Assembly: GCA_051362555.1 (NCBI GenBank)
Contig: CM120643.1
Location: 14,916,644 to 14,980,643, forward strand
Reading direction: 5' to 3'
DNA: 64,000 nt
DNA from: Lingula anatina
Taxonomy: Eukaryota > Animalia > Brachiopoda
A program made the position numbers and the translations under genes. Under the pieces are notes generated by a model. That model was not told the DNA's origin. It did no database searches and saw only the letters and a program-made list of their open reading frames with translations. Positions 37,510-51,387 of this stretch are shown piece by piece. Position 1 is the stretch's first letter. Each line of letters opens with the position of its first letter.

Positions 37510-37624
37510 AGATAAAGCACTCAGCGCTGAGCTTTACGCGAAATAGAGCAGATAATTGGCAAGGCGAAGCCGAGACAATTATCTGCTCTATTTCGCGTAA
37601 AGCTCAGCGCCTCGTACTTTATCT
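37510..37624. repeat. Palindromic element with perfect 35-bp arms
   Basis: 37524-37558 is the exact reverse complement of 37576-37610. The loop contains GGCGAAGCC. Confidence 0.85.
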
Positions 37625-38621
37625 ATACCATAATATTGTGAAATCCAAGATCAGGCAGGTAATAAAAGAGCACAATGGGCTTCTGAGTACAACATATGAA
37701 TGATGATATATGCATGTAAATTGATAATGATAATCTTACATATGTGAAAATAGTTTCATTTGATCTTAGTTTTGATAGTCAAAAAGGTTTCATTTATGAT
37801 AGATCCTGAAATTTGATTTACCTGTTGAGGTAATTCAGTTGTGACCAAGTCTGTCAGAGTGAAATAGAGCAGATAATGGACAGGAATGGACCCTGAAAAC
37901 AGACCCAAGATTTGTGTACATGTACTTTACAGAAGCAATGGTCCGTGACTTGCTGGTCACTCTTTGAAGTTCTGTTGAAGTTTTGCAGGTGACCCTTCCT
38001 GTAAGGAAGATCAAAGACATCAGACCCATTATGATCAATCACTTGGGGCATTTTTATGTATTTTTGAAGAGAACCTCTGCAGATCAAAAGTGGCGCGCAG
38101 TTTGACATAGTACAGAGCATGTTATTGTAGTCAGTAAAATGATACAACATTGTAAAAAAGACTGGGAAACCAAATAAAAGGAATACGTTGTGCAGAATTT
38201 TTGTACATTTTTGGCTGCTGATTGACCTTTCTTATACAGTAATAAGTGGTACATTGCCTTTTGCCTTTTAGGTATAACCCCAGAGACCATAAATATATTT
38301 TTCATAGTTGTGTCACCAAAGTTGAAGTCTAGCTGCAGGTACAGTGTAATTTTTTAGATTAGTCATCCAGTCATTTCTTTTTCCATTATTATCGTTTAAT
38401 AATTTTTAGTGTATTGCTGGACTTTAATTTTATTATAACTGGTGCCTCCAGAAATGTGTGTATGTGCAATGAAATCAAAACTGTGTGTGTGTGTGCAATG
38501 AAATTTTATAAAATGTACCGGAGAAATGTCTAAATTTCTAGAGGTTTAGACATATCTTGGGTTTATTTACGTATTTTTTTTATTGTGTCTAAATGATCCG
38601 TATAGATGAGCTCTCTGGATA

Positions 38622-38622
<1 letters not shown>

Positions 38623-38667
<45 letters not shown>
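38623..38667. repeat. (CA)n microsatellite
   Basis: Direct inspection. Confidence 0.95.
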
Positions 38668-38669
<2 letters not shown>

Positions 38670-39254
38670 CTATATATTCTCAGTAGACCAACTACTGTAT
38701 TTGTAAGTTCAGAAATAGGTTTGAAAAAATTCTAAGACTATTAACATCAAAGAGTATTACACAATCCTTTGCTACTTAAATGGGAATGATTTCCCCCAAC
38801 AACTACGTAACCAGATTGGAATCTGCATCAAATTGTACATAAGTTGAGGATCAAGTTGTGTAATTTATTCCAAGGTCATTGTTAATTCCAGTGTTTTGAT
38901 TCAGCACAGAATGTAAAATAAGGCATCCATATTCATGGTACCTAACATTGAGAATATGGTAATGACTCAATCTTTTCAATGGGAAAAAAATGTCAAACTT
39001 TCAGTTTCAGATAAATAATTTTATAATCACAAAAATCATATTTCTGTTTAACATTTGTGGTTCTTTTAATGCGTAGAATAGAACTACGGAGTAGCCTGCT
39101 TTATGTTAATTATGTACTATGACTAAATACAGTGGCTGTAAAGTTTACAATTTTCTCCCATTAAAAAGATTGAGTAATTACCGTAATGGGAAAAAAATAC
39201 CGACTGCTCTACATCTTTACAGTTGTATTTCAGGGCATCGGCAAGCTGTGTAAG

Positions 39255-41366
39255 ATGCCCCTCGGCTGGGACGCCAGAGCTTCATCTCCTCTGCCGTGGA
39301 AATTACTAGTTCTCGGGCTTACCCTGCTGGAGGCTGGAGTGTACAGTTTTTCTTTGTATGCATGGCCTTCCCTTGTCTACATCTTCAAGCATGAACACTT
39401 TTTTGAAAGTGCTTGTCAAGCAGGCCATAACAGTACGGAACACCACCGGGTCCAGTTTGGTGTTCTTGATTACGACAAGAACATCAATTCAACCAGTGAT
39501 GACGATTGTGAGGAACAGGATCAGAAATTGAATTTAGTCTATTCCATTGCCATCACCCTTCAGGTTGTCTTACCAGTTCTGGGATACTTCTATGATCACT
39601 GTGGAATGCTATTTATTAGGAGCCTTTGTATGTATGTACACTGTAGTAGATTCTGCATTATATTCCTAGCAATTTTGACTGATGAAAAGTAGCTTTTATA
39701 ATAAAAGGTTATACTAGTATATGTTTTATTAATCTGTGTCTTTAAATAAGACTCTGATGCGATGTTTCTTTAAAAAGAAAAAATAATTCTCTTCAGATTC
39801 TGCCTAAAGGTAATTTTTGTCCTAGCTGTTGTGTTAACTGCGGTGTAATTTGACCTAGGATAACTCGTCCTTCCTTTGAATAATGCAGTGGGATGGGGGA
39901 ACTTGAGCTGTCATAATGGAACTGTTCACCATAACATTCAATTCAATTTTGTTAGATGATATTATGTGTTATAAATGAAAACTTCAAAGGTATTTTATTA
40001 ATCCATTTAGCTTTCTTTTTTATCAGTAAGTTACCCAGACATATTGGGTTAACCTAACTGCAAACTTGGCATATGCTATATTGGCCTTTCCTAAGGAACT
40101 GTTTTAGAAAGTAATTAGAGTCAAAAATTGATCTTGGCAAAGACTGTAATGAATCCTCAGCCAGCTGAATTGATTTTCAGAAAGAACCTATAGCTAAAGG
40201 GTTACACTTTTCTAGTCTTTTAACTGTTATCCCAGAGCAAAATGTGACTGTCAAGACATTGAATTCTCCTCTCAGTGGCTTTAATAATCCATTTAGGTAT
40301 CCGAATGTTTTGTGAGCCAGTCATTTATAAATCATTCTTAACTACCAATGCCAAAGGGTACAGAAATGCAGTGGGAATCCCAAAATTTGTCAGGCTGAGA
40401 TAAACATTTTGAGAAACAGGTCCTTTGGATACCCCTATAGCATATGTTGAAGTCACTTCACCATCTAAAAACAGAAAATAATTTTTTCTTAATATCCTAG
40501 TTTTTTTGCATGTGGTGGATGTTCTTTGATGGCCTTCGCCTCTTCAGGTACGTTAACTTTAAAAAGACTTACAGTGTGCATTACACCTTTGTATATAACA
40601 AAAAGGATTTTTTTCTAGAAATTTCAGCAATTTTTCCTATTACAGCCAGGACATAATCTGAAATGGCTGAGAAAATTGTAATCTATATGTAGACCCATTT
40701 TTGAAATCTTAAAGTGATAATAACTCTTCGTTTCGGCCAAAAAATGAATTTTCCTGGAGTAAACAACAATTTTCCCATACTTACCAATGGTTAATGAATC
40801 CATTTTTACATTCAAAGTTAGTCCCTGGTTTTTTTCTAAAAAGTTTGGTTTTTTGTTAAAATCTCTTAAGAGATTTTAACAGAGTATAGCCATCAATGGA
40901 GGTCACGTGGTCTAAAGACAAGCTCAGATATCAGAATAATAGCTATAACAGCCGTTTTTGTGGGAAAACAGAATATATTATATTTTTATGAGCCATTCAC
41001 AATGTTTTTATTGTGAAATACAGATTTCATACGAAAAGTTATTATCCCTTTAATTTATTGATATGAGTGAAATTTGCCAGTTCCTATCATGGATCAAAAA
41101 TCAGAACTTTTAAGTTTACCTTTTAAAAAACTATGCTATAGATTATAAGTTTTGTCAATGATTTTGGAAAAGTTTTAGCTGGGTGATTAATTCAGTGAAA
41201 AACGTTGAAATTTCTAGGAAAATAATGTTCATGTACTCATTGCCCCAGTACTCACTGCATTTCTGTAATTCAACCATCTAATTAACATACTAATACAAGT
41301 AACTGTTCTGCACTGTTTTTACTTAATTTTGAATCTATACTAGAGAACAGGGAAAAAATCCAGAAG

Positions 41367-41412
<46 letters not shown>

Positions 41413-44400
41413 TGCATATTTCTAGGAGGCCTAGAATGGCTGTTGCTTCCTGGAGCCACCCTTCAGTTACTAGGAGGAAGTATGCTGTCCATCACTGGTG
41501 TCCAGATGACATCTTTGTTCCCAGGAAAACAGTCCACCCTGGCATCACTCCTGTCCGGGGCCTGTGACATGAGCATGGTCAGTCCACTGTTTATTAAGGT
41601 AGGAGAAAAGGCTGTAATGTATGTTGTAAAATGGGGAAATAGTTTCCCAAACTAGAAACAAATTTCTCTCCATCTAGTTCCTTTTCAGTGGAAAAAAAAA
41701 CATTTAAGTAGGTTTTATGGATATTAGTTACCAGTTGAATACATATTATTGGCAAGTTAATCCCTTCTTTTGTCAAGTAAGAAATGTCAAAAGACAAATT
41801 TCTTTTGTAGCCACATTTACAGTGGCCCACACCAAATGCCATTTAAATTAGAATGAGACCTGCAAAACTTTGTAAATTTGTTCATTATTCATCTCACTAT
41901 TTCTGCTTTGGACCACAATATTAGAATACTGGCCAATAGGCAAAAATGTTGTTGACACAAACTTTGTGATGAAGTTTGTGATGAAGTGAAACCTACATAT
42001 TAACTCGATTTCCTTTTAGCTTGCCTATGATGCAGGATTTCCTTTTCAACAATCAATGCTGGTCTTTGCTGCTTTGACCTTTTGTATTGCCACTACCGTC
42101 ACGCTCACACTCCCACACCGGAGAGACAAAGATGGTAACATTGTACACAACAACAAGTGCAGTCATGCCTTGTGTGGAGCTCTTCGAATTGATAAAGAAA
42201 AGAAGGACCGTTCTCCCAGTCATGAGATGCAAAAGGGTACCATCTCGTTGCATTTTCCTGTGGAACCCACTGAAACCCTGCCTCTGAGTCCTAATGTTGA
42301 TGAAGTACCTGGAGAGGGAGACACCAGTCAAGATAGGAGCAATGCTAAGTTCAGAGAAAATGGTTGTCAAAATGGTTCTGTTGATCAGGGTCAGGTGTTA
42401 GATAAAGTCAGTTTGACTGAAAATGAAACCACTGATCTGTCTGTACAAACTGCCCATATTCCTGTTTCCCAGGATAACAAATTTTCCAAGGAAAACGAAG
42501 CTCCAGTGAGAGAGAAAAGCGGCAATATGGATGCAGACAATGTACCAAATGAACATATTTTAATAGAAAAAGATACAAGTGTGCCCCCATCTCAGCCGTT
42601 ATTAGCCAAAGACTCCCAACGTGATAAGGGCCTGTTGGAAGAAAAAGCAAAGTCCATTGCCTCATTTAATGCATCAGTGTTGACTCTTACAGATCCAGAA
42701 GATGCTAAAACATTTAAGGCAATTCTCAGGATGCCTTTATTTTGGGTGACACAGTTTTGGCTAGTTTGTGCAACAATTATTACAGCAGTTTATTTTGGGA
42801 TATTTAATGATTTGATTACTTATCTTGCACACGAGGACCACAAAACAAGTAAGTGTCTCGAATTTTCATTTTTTTTCTTTCATTTTCTTTCATTTCATTT
42901 TGAAATTTTGATTGTTAAGATGTGCAACTAAGGTCTGTTATATAAAAAGTTTTAGTTAACATTACATGCCTGTAGCTAGCAATTGCAAAAGGAGGGTTCT
43001 TTTTCTGAAAACGTGGACCTTTTGTCATGAAGCCTTGGTTTACCTAGATCAAATTTACCCAGAGGGGACCTTTTTCTGGCAAAAGGGTGGTTCTTTTGAA
43101 CCCCCCGAACCCTCCTGGCTACTGGATTGTGCCAGCTCAGTTTTTTCTGTTAATTTTCAGTCAGTCAGTACACCAACGTCTTTGGCTGGCTGCAGCTGTC
43201 AGGGATGCCACTATCTATGCTGGCTGGCTACCTTGCTGACAGACAGCACAGTGGAGGGGCAGTGGAAGGTATGCAATGCCAATGGCAGACATTAGCCACT
43301 TGGACTGGTTTGTCCCAGAGAAGAGCTATAGCCTGTAAAGTTATCTGAACTTTTTGATCAGAATTTGTGTCCACTTTGGCACGAGACAAATTGGTGGTCC
43401 AGTTGAATTAAATCTGGGCCTGTTTCTTTAACAGGAGTAGTTTGGTTAATATCTAGGAACATCCTTTTACTTTATTCAAGTGGACTAGTATGGATTTATC
43501 TTGAACTACATGTATACAAGTTTTCAGGTCTAGAATCTGAGACCAATTTATGGGGCTGTAGCCATCATTATAAACTGGCTTCTGGCAGTTGATACTCATC
43601 AGATTATCATCAGGCTCTTAGAAGTTGTGACAGATTAATTTGCTGTAATTTGTAGATTTCGTCTTTGAAGTAAAATTTTGCTCCTGATCAATAGTTTTTT
43701 GAAGTCTGCTAGCCTTGTTAACCAGTGGACCAAATTTTATGGTATAGTGGCACCTAAAATGAATACGTGGATAGTTTCAGGTGAACTGAGTACTTTCATT
43801 TTATCAGTCATATATAATTTCAGCTGAACTTAGGACTTTCATTTTATCAATCGAGTATAATTTCAGCCAAATTGAGGACTTTCATTTTATCAATTGTGTA
43901 TAATTTCAGCTGAATTGAGGACTTTCATTTTGTCCTTCATGGTGCCATTCATTGCTGCCCTCCTTGTCTCTGTGTCGTGTGCCATACCGGTGCTACAGGT
44001 CCAATATGGTGCTGCTGCTCTACATTGTGTTCTCAAGTCTTTTACGTATGGCACTCATTTTGCCTTTGTGTCCTTTGCGTAAGTTTGATGAGCAAGGTAT
44101 TATTATCAAGACATATATATATTTTTGTGGGTTATTACTTTTTTTAACATTTAAAAGACATTGCTGAGAAAAATTGTTGAAAATGTTCATTTTCATAATT
44201 TGTGAAAACATTTTATTATTATCAATTGAGTATTTTCGACTTGGAATGAAGAGAAAATTGCAAGATTTTAATTAATTACATTTTCTCTTTTCTTTTGTAT
44301 TAGAACCACTCAACCAGGTATAATTAAATGATTTTTTTATTGGTGCATGGCCATAAGTCAAATAAATCTATGTGTTAGCATGATATTTTGATAACAAAAC

Positions 44401-45901
44401 TCAGAATTTCTGTTACATTTCTTTTTTGTATTTGCAGCTGTTCAATCCTGTTTGTGATGTACATCTATACACAAAAACATTCAAAAGAAGGTTCTCTTTT
44501 AGGTTCCCTTCTGAGCATTTTGGCAAGGCCTACAGTTGGCAATTGTCTTTCTCAACACTTTTCCTAAGTTTACAATATCCTCTGTTCTACTGGTACAAAG
44601 CAAAGTTGAAGAGCGAGCCACTCTACGTAAGTATGACATGAAAAACTCGTTCAGTATTAAAGGCACACAATGAACATTAATCCTTCAAATAAGAATATAT
44701 ATATATACATAGCAATGTTCCCTTCATTTACCAAGGCATAACATTTTCAACACTGTAATGAAAATTAAAGTCTATAAACTATTTAATCCATATGTGCAGT
44801 TATTCAATTTTATTAGATATTGGTACTAATTAAATTAGTCACACATGAAGTGTTAATTCTTGATATATTAATTTATAGAGTAAGAATTGTATCTATTATT
44901 GCATTCTTTCTGATACATGTAGAATTGATAAGTTTGTGTTTCTTCTAAATAGATAGGATTGTACATGTAAGTACATAACGTGAAGTGCTTTTTGCAGCAA
45001 TTACAAAAAAAAAGGATTTACGTTTTAACCACTTGAATGATTTACAGTAGGGTGCGTTCCCATTAAAACTACTACTATTGTTCTATGTAGATCGATTCAG
45101 CTCTATACCTTAATCACATGCCACCTGAGCCACTAGGGGGTGATTAACTTTAATTTGGTCCCAGCCTCTGGACACTTTTTCATTTCCTTTTGAGTGTGAC
45201 TAAATGTGCACAAAAGTTAATCACCCCCTATCTGCACCAGGAGGTGTGGCATTCTGATTGCATTCAGTGAAAATCCCCATGAAGTTGGATTGATCTATCT
45301 AGTACAATGGTTTCATTGGGAATGCAGTCTTAGTTGCAATGAAACTGGTACAGCGTCTAAAAATGACCTTGACAGGGTCTAGATGAGCACTGATTCTGCT
45401 TCATGTAGTTGAGAAATTGCATCTGCTCCTGTAGCTGCTGCCACCTCCCAATTTTGTAATACTTTGCAAAGTTTCTGGTGTAAATTATATATTATGTAGG
45501 GAAAAAAAAACATTTATTGATATTATTAATCAAAAGTATCATTGTTGTCTTACAGAAGCTAAGCAAACTTTATTGGATACATTTTTTAATATCTCCTGTT
45601 TTTTAGATCACTTTTATGTCATCAGTTCATCAGATGCTTAATTTTTTAATAGAACTACCCGCTATAATAATAACATCTCATTTATTTTTCTTACTCCATA
45701 TTTTCAGTCATCTCACTGTTTCCAAGAAATATTATATTAGTATCAATATCTTCTCATTTATTTATTTATTTAATGTATTTTCAGCTAAGTCTGGTACTGG
45801 TGGCTGTATCATTTGGAACTCTATGTCTTCCTGGCTACCTGATACTGAAGGAGAGACAGATACAGAGGGAAAAACGTGTGAAGAATACAGCAACACTATA
45901 A
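39255..45901 (+). CDS. SLC43-family MFS transporter (SLC43A3/ENBT1-like or LAT3/4-like), 8 coding exons, ~647 aa
   Basis: Exons 39255-39631, 40501-40547, 41426-41598, 42020-42848, 43161-43268, 43910-44078, 44503-44626, 45785-45901 (1944 nt, in phase). SLC43 motifs LLE...WPSLVYIFK.E.FF...C, CEEQDQKLNLVY, FPSEHFGK.Y, LQYPLF. The start may extend to an upstream ATG exon at 36072-36086. Confidence 0.88.
40713..41049. mobile_element. Kolobok-like MITE (TTAA TSD), copy 2, SLC43 intron
   Basis: TTAA|AGTGATAATAACTCTTCGT ... ACGAAAAGTTATTATCCCT|TTAA, ~19-bp TIRs beginning with AG. Confidence 0.8.
43775..43931 (+). repeat. 43-bp minisatellite spanning the acceptor of SLC43 coding exon 6
   Basis: TTTCAG at 43775, 43818, 43861 and 43904, each followed by a variant of CTGAATTGAGGACTTTCATTTT. 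Confidence 0.9.
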
Positions 45902-46079
45902 CAATGATGTTAAATGTCACCAGTGAAACACAAAAACTACTTCAATTTGTGACTGATGTTATGATGAGTTCACTAAGCATTTATAAGTGGTCTAACATAT
46001 ACACTGTGCACCTTATCGTACATGAAAACCATGCACAATAATGCTCCACTGGGGGATGCAGGATTTATTTAAGGGTACA

Positions 46080-48558
46080 GGTACCAACAGTTAAGTTGGC
46101 ACTTGTGAACTGTAGATCAGTGAGGAAAAAGGGTTCTATCATACTGACTTGGTGAAGGATGATAATATTGATTTAGTCTCCTTAGTGGAAACCTGGATAA
46201 CACCTGATCTTCAACATCATATGCAAGCTGATATTACTCTAACTGGTTACCAGTGTATTCCTCAGTGAGTTTTCTTATCTCCTTGAGTACCTAGCACCTC
46301 TTTGAGGGAAATTTATCGTTGGCGACATGAATATACACTGGGATGATCAACAAATTTCTGAAACCAAGAAAAATCGAGGGCACTGATGTGAATGAATAAC
46401 AATAACAGGTTACATCACAGCTGGGTGATTTAAGTTTTGATAATTTGGGTCCTGAGGAATGTGTGCTTTTGTATGACAGGACATTAACAACTGCACTTGA
46501 CAACCATGCACCTGTCAAAACTAAAACGTTTGTTAAAAAAGACCTGCAACCTTGGATGAATGATCGCATACTGGAGGCAAAGAGGGATAGAAGGAAGGCG
46601 GAGGAGAAGTGGTAGGGGAAGGTAGTAAATTATTCTGATATGATACAAGAATGTGATGGTGATACCAAGGCTTTATTTAGAACTGTCAACACTATTCTGG
46701 GAAAAACCAATTGCTCTAAGTACCCCAAAACGGATTCAGTGAAAGATCTTGCAAATAACATTAGTGTCTAAAGTCGGGAATGTCAATGCTGAACTTTCTG
46801 AATTAGGAAAGACTGTGACTACGCTATCACATCCACCTTTGTCAGAACTTTTACAAGATCCGCAGTCACTCATCACTATTGAACAAACAACCACTTGTGA
46901 AGTAACGAAGATAGCAAAGAGTTCTAGAAAGACATCATGCATGTTAGACCCGATCCCATCATCATTATTGGTTCAGATTCTACGGCTGTAATAAATTTCA
47001 TTGTGGAAATTATGGGTGTTTTTCCAAAAAAGTTTAAATATGCAATAATTCACCCACTCCGCAAAAAGGACAACTTTGACACAGATCTTTTGGTAAACTA
47101 TCATCCTGTTTCCAATTTGTCGTAGAGAGAAAGTAGAGAGGGTTATAGCAGTTAGACTATTTAAGCATTTAGAAGCAAACAATCTTGTTGAGGAAATGCA
47201 GTCAACCTACAAATTCAATCATAGCACTGAATCTGCACTTTTGAGAATTAAAAATGATTTGTTAAACGTCGTTGACAAACATTCTGCTGTGTTATTGGTA
47301 CTATTAGATTTATCTGCTGCCTTTGACACAGTAGACCATAATATTTTATTGACATTTCTAGAACAGTGTGTAGGAGTTAGAGATAAGGCCGGGAGAATGC
47401 ATCAAGTTACTGTTATATAAATGGTGTGTTTTCTGAACTCTCACAGCTTTTATTTGGTGTTCCTCAGGGGAGCGTTCTTGGCCCTCTAAAATTTTGTGTT
47501 TACACGTTACCTCTTAGAGCAATGCATTCTGCGTTATCATAAGATAGGTTATCAGTTTTATGCAGATGATACCCAGTTGTACACGTCTTGCAACATCCAT
47601 GATCCAGCATTGTCTGGGAACACCATTGTTGACTGCATATCAGATCTCGGAGGTTGGCTCATTTCAAACAAATTGAAGATAAATGATGGAAAAACAGAAT
47701 TTTTAGTCATTACCCAACCCCACAAAAACAGCCTTGCTCACAACCTGCAACTTAAAATTGGAGCTAGTGTGCCATTATCCTCCCCCCATGTAAAAAAATT
47801 AAGAGTATACTTTGATTCTACACTTTCAATAGACAAACAGATCTCCAACATTACGAGGTCTTGTTTATTCAACATTTGGAATATTGGCATCATAAGGAAA
47901 TATCTGAAACAATCATCTGCTGCTACTGTGATACACTCAATTGGTAACTTTCAGGTTGGACTATTGCAATTCTGTATTATATGGATGTCCAGATGATAAG
48001 ATCAAAAGATTACAACTCGTCCAGAATATCTCAGCACGGCTTTTAATGCTACAGCCTAGGAATTGCCGTGCCACTCCAATTTTAAAGCAGTTGTACTGGT
48101 TACCAGTTACGGCCAGAATTTTATTTAAGGTTGTAGTTTTTACACATGCTACTTTTTATAACCTCCACCATATATAATTGATCTGGTCGAACATTATAGT
48201 CCTCAAAGATCCCTGAGGTCTGGTGACAAACTTTTACTGAAAGTTCCCAAATCAAAGTTAAAAACATATGGTGACATATCATTTTGTGTAGCTGCACCGG
48301 TAGAATGGAATAAGTTACCAATTTTTATTAGATGAATAGAATCACAAGAATCTTTTAAAAAGGAATTGAAAACTCACATTTTAAGACATTTTACTCATGA
48401 AACCTTGGATTTTTTACTTTTAGTTACTGTTTATTACAATTTAGTCTAGCTCTGATTTATATAATATATATCTCAAACATTTTTATCTATAATCTTATGT
48501 GTATTTTATGTTGTACAGTCTATTGAACATTTTATGGATTTTAGACTCGAAATAAATA

Positions 48559-48597
<39 letters not shown>
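46080..48597 (+). mobile_element. Decayed L2/CR1-group LINE ORF2 (APE endonuclease + reverse transcriptase)
   Basis: KLALVNCRSVRKK and LVETW (APE); LDPIPSSLL, NYHPVSNLS, QSTYKFNHSTESALL, LLDLSAAFDTVDH, GVPQGSVLGP, YADDTQLY, RLDYCNS, LYWLPV (RT). Many stops and frameshifts. Ends with AATAAA and an (ATT)n tail. Confidence 0.92.
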
Positions 48598-49529
48598 CAA
48601 ATTTTTTTTACTTATTCATTATTATTATTATTTTTTTTTTTTATTTATTTTTTTTTTTTTGCTTGTTTAATGTAAAATGGCAGATGCAGACAAATATCAC
48701 TATAGAGTCCTTGGATAGATAAAAACTTAATTTTGTAAAAAATTAAATTTTGTAAAAAATTACATAAGGGGGTCACCTAAACAAAGACTTCACACTGCCA
48801 GTTAACCATTTTGATCGTTAGATCAAGGCTTGAGAAAGAGGGTAACCCCCCCCCCCCCCCCCCCCCAATCTTAAAAGGGCCTTATTTTTTTAAGATCTTA
48901 AATAAAGGATGTTGCCCATGTACACCCTTACGGAAGAAAGTGGAAGTCTTGTAGTATACTTGTATTCTGTGGTTCTAGTAGGTGTGGTGAGAGAGGTTGT
49001 GAGAAAAATGTCTTAAAACTCAGCAGCTTTGTTAATTAATTAATTTACTGAGAGAAACTGAGAAATGTTTCACAATTTTAAGTACGAATCACTTAAAAAG
49101 CACTTTTTAGGAGGAAATAATCAATACGCGTTGTTCATATTTAATAAGAATCTTAATTGTTTGATAGTTTGTTTTTTTAAAATAGTTTTAATGTATTATG
49201 TTAATGGTTTTTTTTTTTTTTTTTTGTCTCTACTTCTCAATAATTTTGATTATATTGCATTTAAAAGGGCCACTGCATGGGATTTTCCTGCCAAAATGCC
49301 AAAATGCATTTGAAAATATTCATTTCCTGTAAAGCTTCTCACATTTCTTAATTCAGACTCTAAAGACGATAAAAACGCCAAGATAAAAGTGTATCTGAAG
49401 TGTGCCTCGTGCCATTCTCATCCTCCCTGGGTATCCATTACCCTCTGATATAAGGGGCATCTAAAATGGTATACAAAAATAAAGTATCAGATCTTATGGG
49501 AAAGAATCCAATCTGACTGCTTGATGTTA

Positions 49530-49787
49530 GGCTTCATTCACATGCAATGTCTATTTTCTAAATTCTATTTTCTATTCGCGGTATGTCTTATGATCACGGT
49601 CTGTGCCCTTAATATCCCGCGGCGTAATTACTGGCAGCGCGAGCCAGTTACTATAAGTTACTATAAGTAACTGGCTCGCGCTGCCAGTAATTACGCGGCG
49701 GGATATTCAGGGCACAGACCGTGATCATAAGATAGCGCGAATAGAAAATAGATTTTTAGAAAATAGACATTCCATGTGAACGAAGCC
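49530..49787. mobile_element. Fold-back PIF/Harbinger-like MITE with TTA TSD
   Basis: TTA|GGCTTCATTCACATG...CATGTGAACGAAGCC|TTA. ~120-bp inverted arms around a central duplicated AGTTACTATA. Confidence 0.85.
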
Positions 49788-50890
49788 TTATATAACTATA
49801 CCCTGCCCCATCTGCCTGTTAAAGGGTGGCTCAGAAGCAGAGGATAAACGATAATTAATGACCCCCTTCTAGCAGCTTCAGTAAGCGTGACAGATATCTA
49901 AGTCACTTAAGTTGATTGCAATTTAGTGAGAATCCCCACAAAAATAGATTGTACCACAGTTAGTAAGATAGGGTCTGGGAATGGTCCCTAAGTCTGAGGC
50001 CATGGATGACTTATAACATAGACAGGGACATGCACTAAGCACATAATTCAGCTAAACAGAATTCTAATTTGAAAAGGGAATATTGATGTGATTTTTTCAG
50101 AAATCTAAGGGGGGTCAGGACCCCCCTGACCCCCCTTCTAAATCCGCCACTGCTTTTATGTCAAAAAAAAAAAAAAAATTGGAAATATTCCTAAAAATCT
50201 AGAAATTGCCAAGATTAACCAACATTCTTATTTTTCGGCCCTTTGTTTTGTAGTTCAAGCATTTACTTGTTTACAAGCCATTTGAATCAGGACCATCTGT
50301 TTGATCTTTATAAATGTGTAAATAGCATCAGGCTTATAAGCCTCTTCTCAGACATCATCCACTTTGTAGGTATTTCTTTGCTTCGATCAGTGCCATTTTG
50401 TAGCAGACATGGCACAGGCACACTAATGATTTTGCTAAAAGGGGAGGGGCACCAAAACGAAAAATTTTGTAATGCCATACAAAGGTAATTTTACTATAAT
50501 GTGTAAGGCCCAGGGATAAAAAAGCATCATTCCGTCTCATTTCAATCCAATCCATTCTTTGTGTAGCAATGAATACAAACTAGACAATATGACACCAGAA
50601 AGCTTTAACCTTTATTTCTAATGAAACATTACAAAAATCAAATACAGAATTAACAGAAACCTGTTTTATTGTTTATTTTCAAATGCTTAAATTGCAGTTT
50701 GGTGCAGATTGTCTAATTAATACGCAGTAAATACTTTCCAATTACTTCATTCTGGATACATTTTTTTTCAACAGCCAAGGAACAAAGGATCCTATAATGA
50801 ATGAGGAAAACTTCCTTAAGGAAAACTGCCCACCTTTGTAACAAATGTTAAAAATAAAAATACAGAGTTTAACATCAATACTTTCATTTT

Positions 50891-51387
50891 TATTTACAGA
50901 CACAGATGTGTCTGTACATAAAGCTGTCACCTGCATTTGTCGTCGCCAACGTCAGCATCGTCGCTGTGCACTTTTACTGATAACACGATAAGTGAAAAAC
51001 CGTTTTTAAGCAAAGAAACAGATGTGTCTGTACATAAAGTCGTCACCTGCATCTGTCATCGCCGCAGTCGTGCACTTTTATCGATAACACGATAACTGGA
51101 AATCCATTTTTTCTTTTGGTTCGATGTTTTGATGAATATTCATAATATGCAGATCAAGTTCGAAAATCAGCATGATCAGGCCAGTTATGCTGTTTTTTCA
51201 CTTTTTTCAGCAAATATGCAACACCGATAACGTCATAAGTGAAAAACTGTTTTACTTTTTGGATTGAAACTTACAAAACTGATGAATATTCCTAATATGT
51301 AGGTCAAGTTCGAAAATCAGCATGATCGGGCCATTTTTATAAAAGCTATGCTGTTTTTTCACTTTTTCAGCATATATGCAACAACTA
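50891..51387 (-). mobile_element. 3' portion of the same Helentron-like family as 31453-33313
   Basis: Hairpin TACAGACACAGATGTGTCTGTACATA (~50895; partial duplicate ~51018) and reverse-complement copies of the 161-bp monomer (AAGTTCGAAAATCAGCATGATC). Confidence 0.75.
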
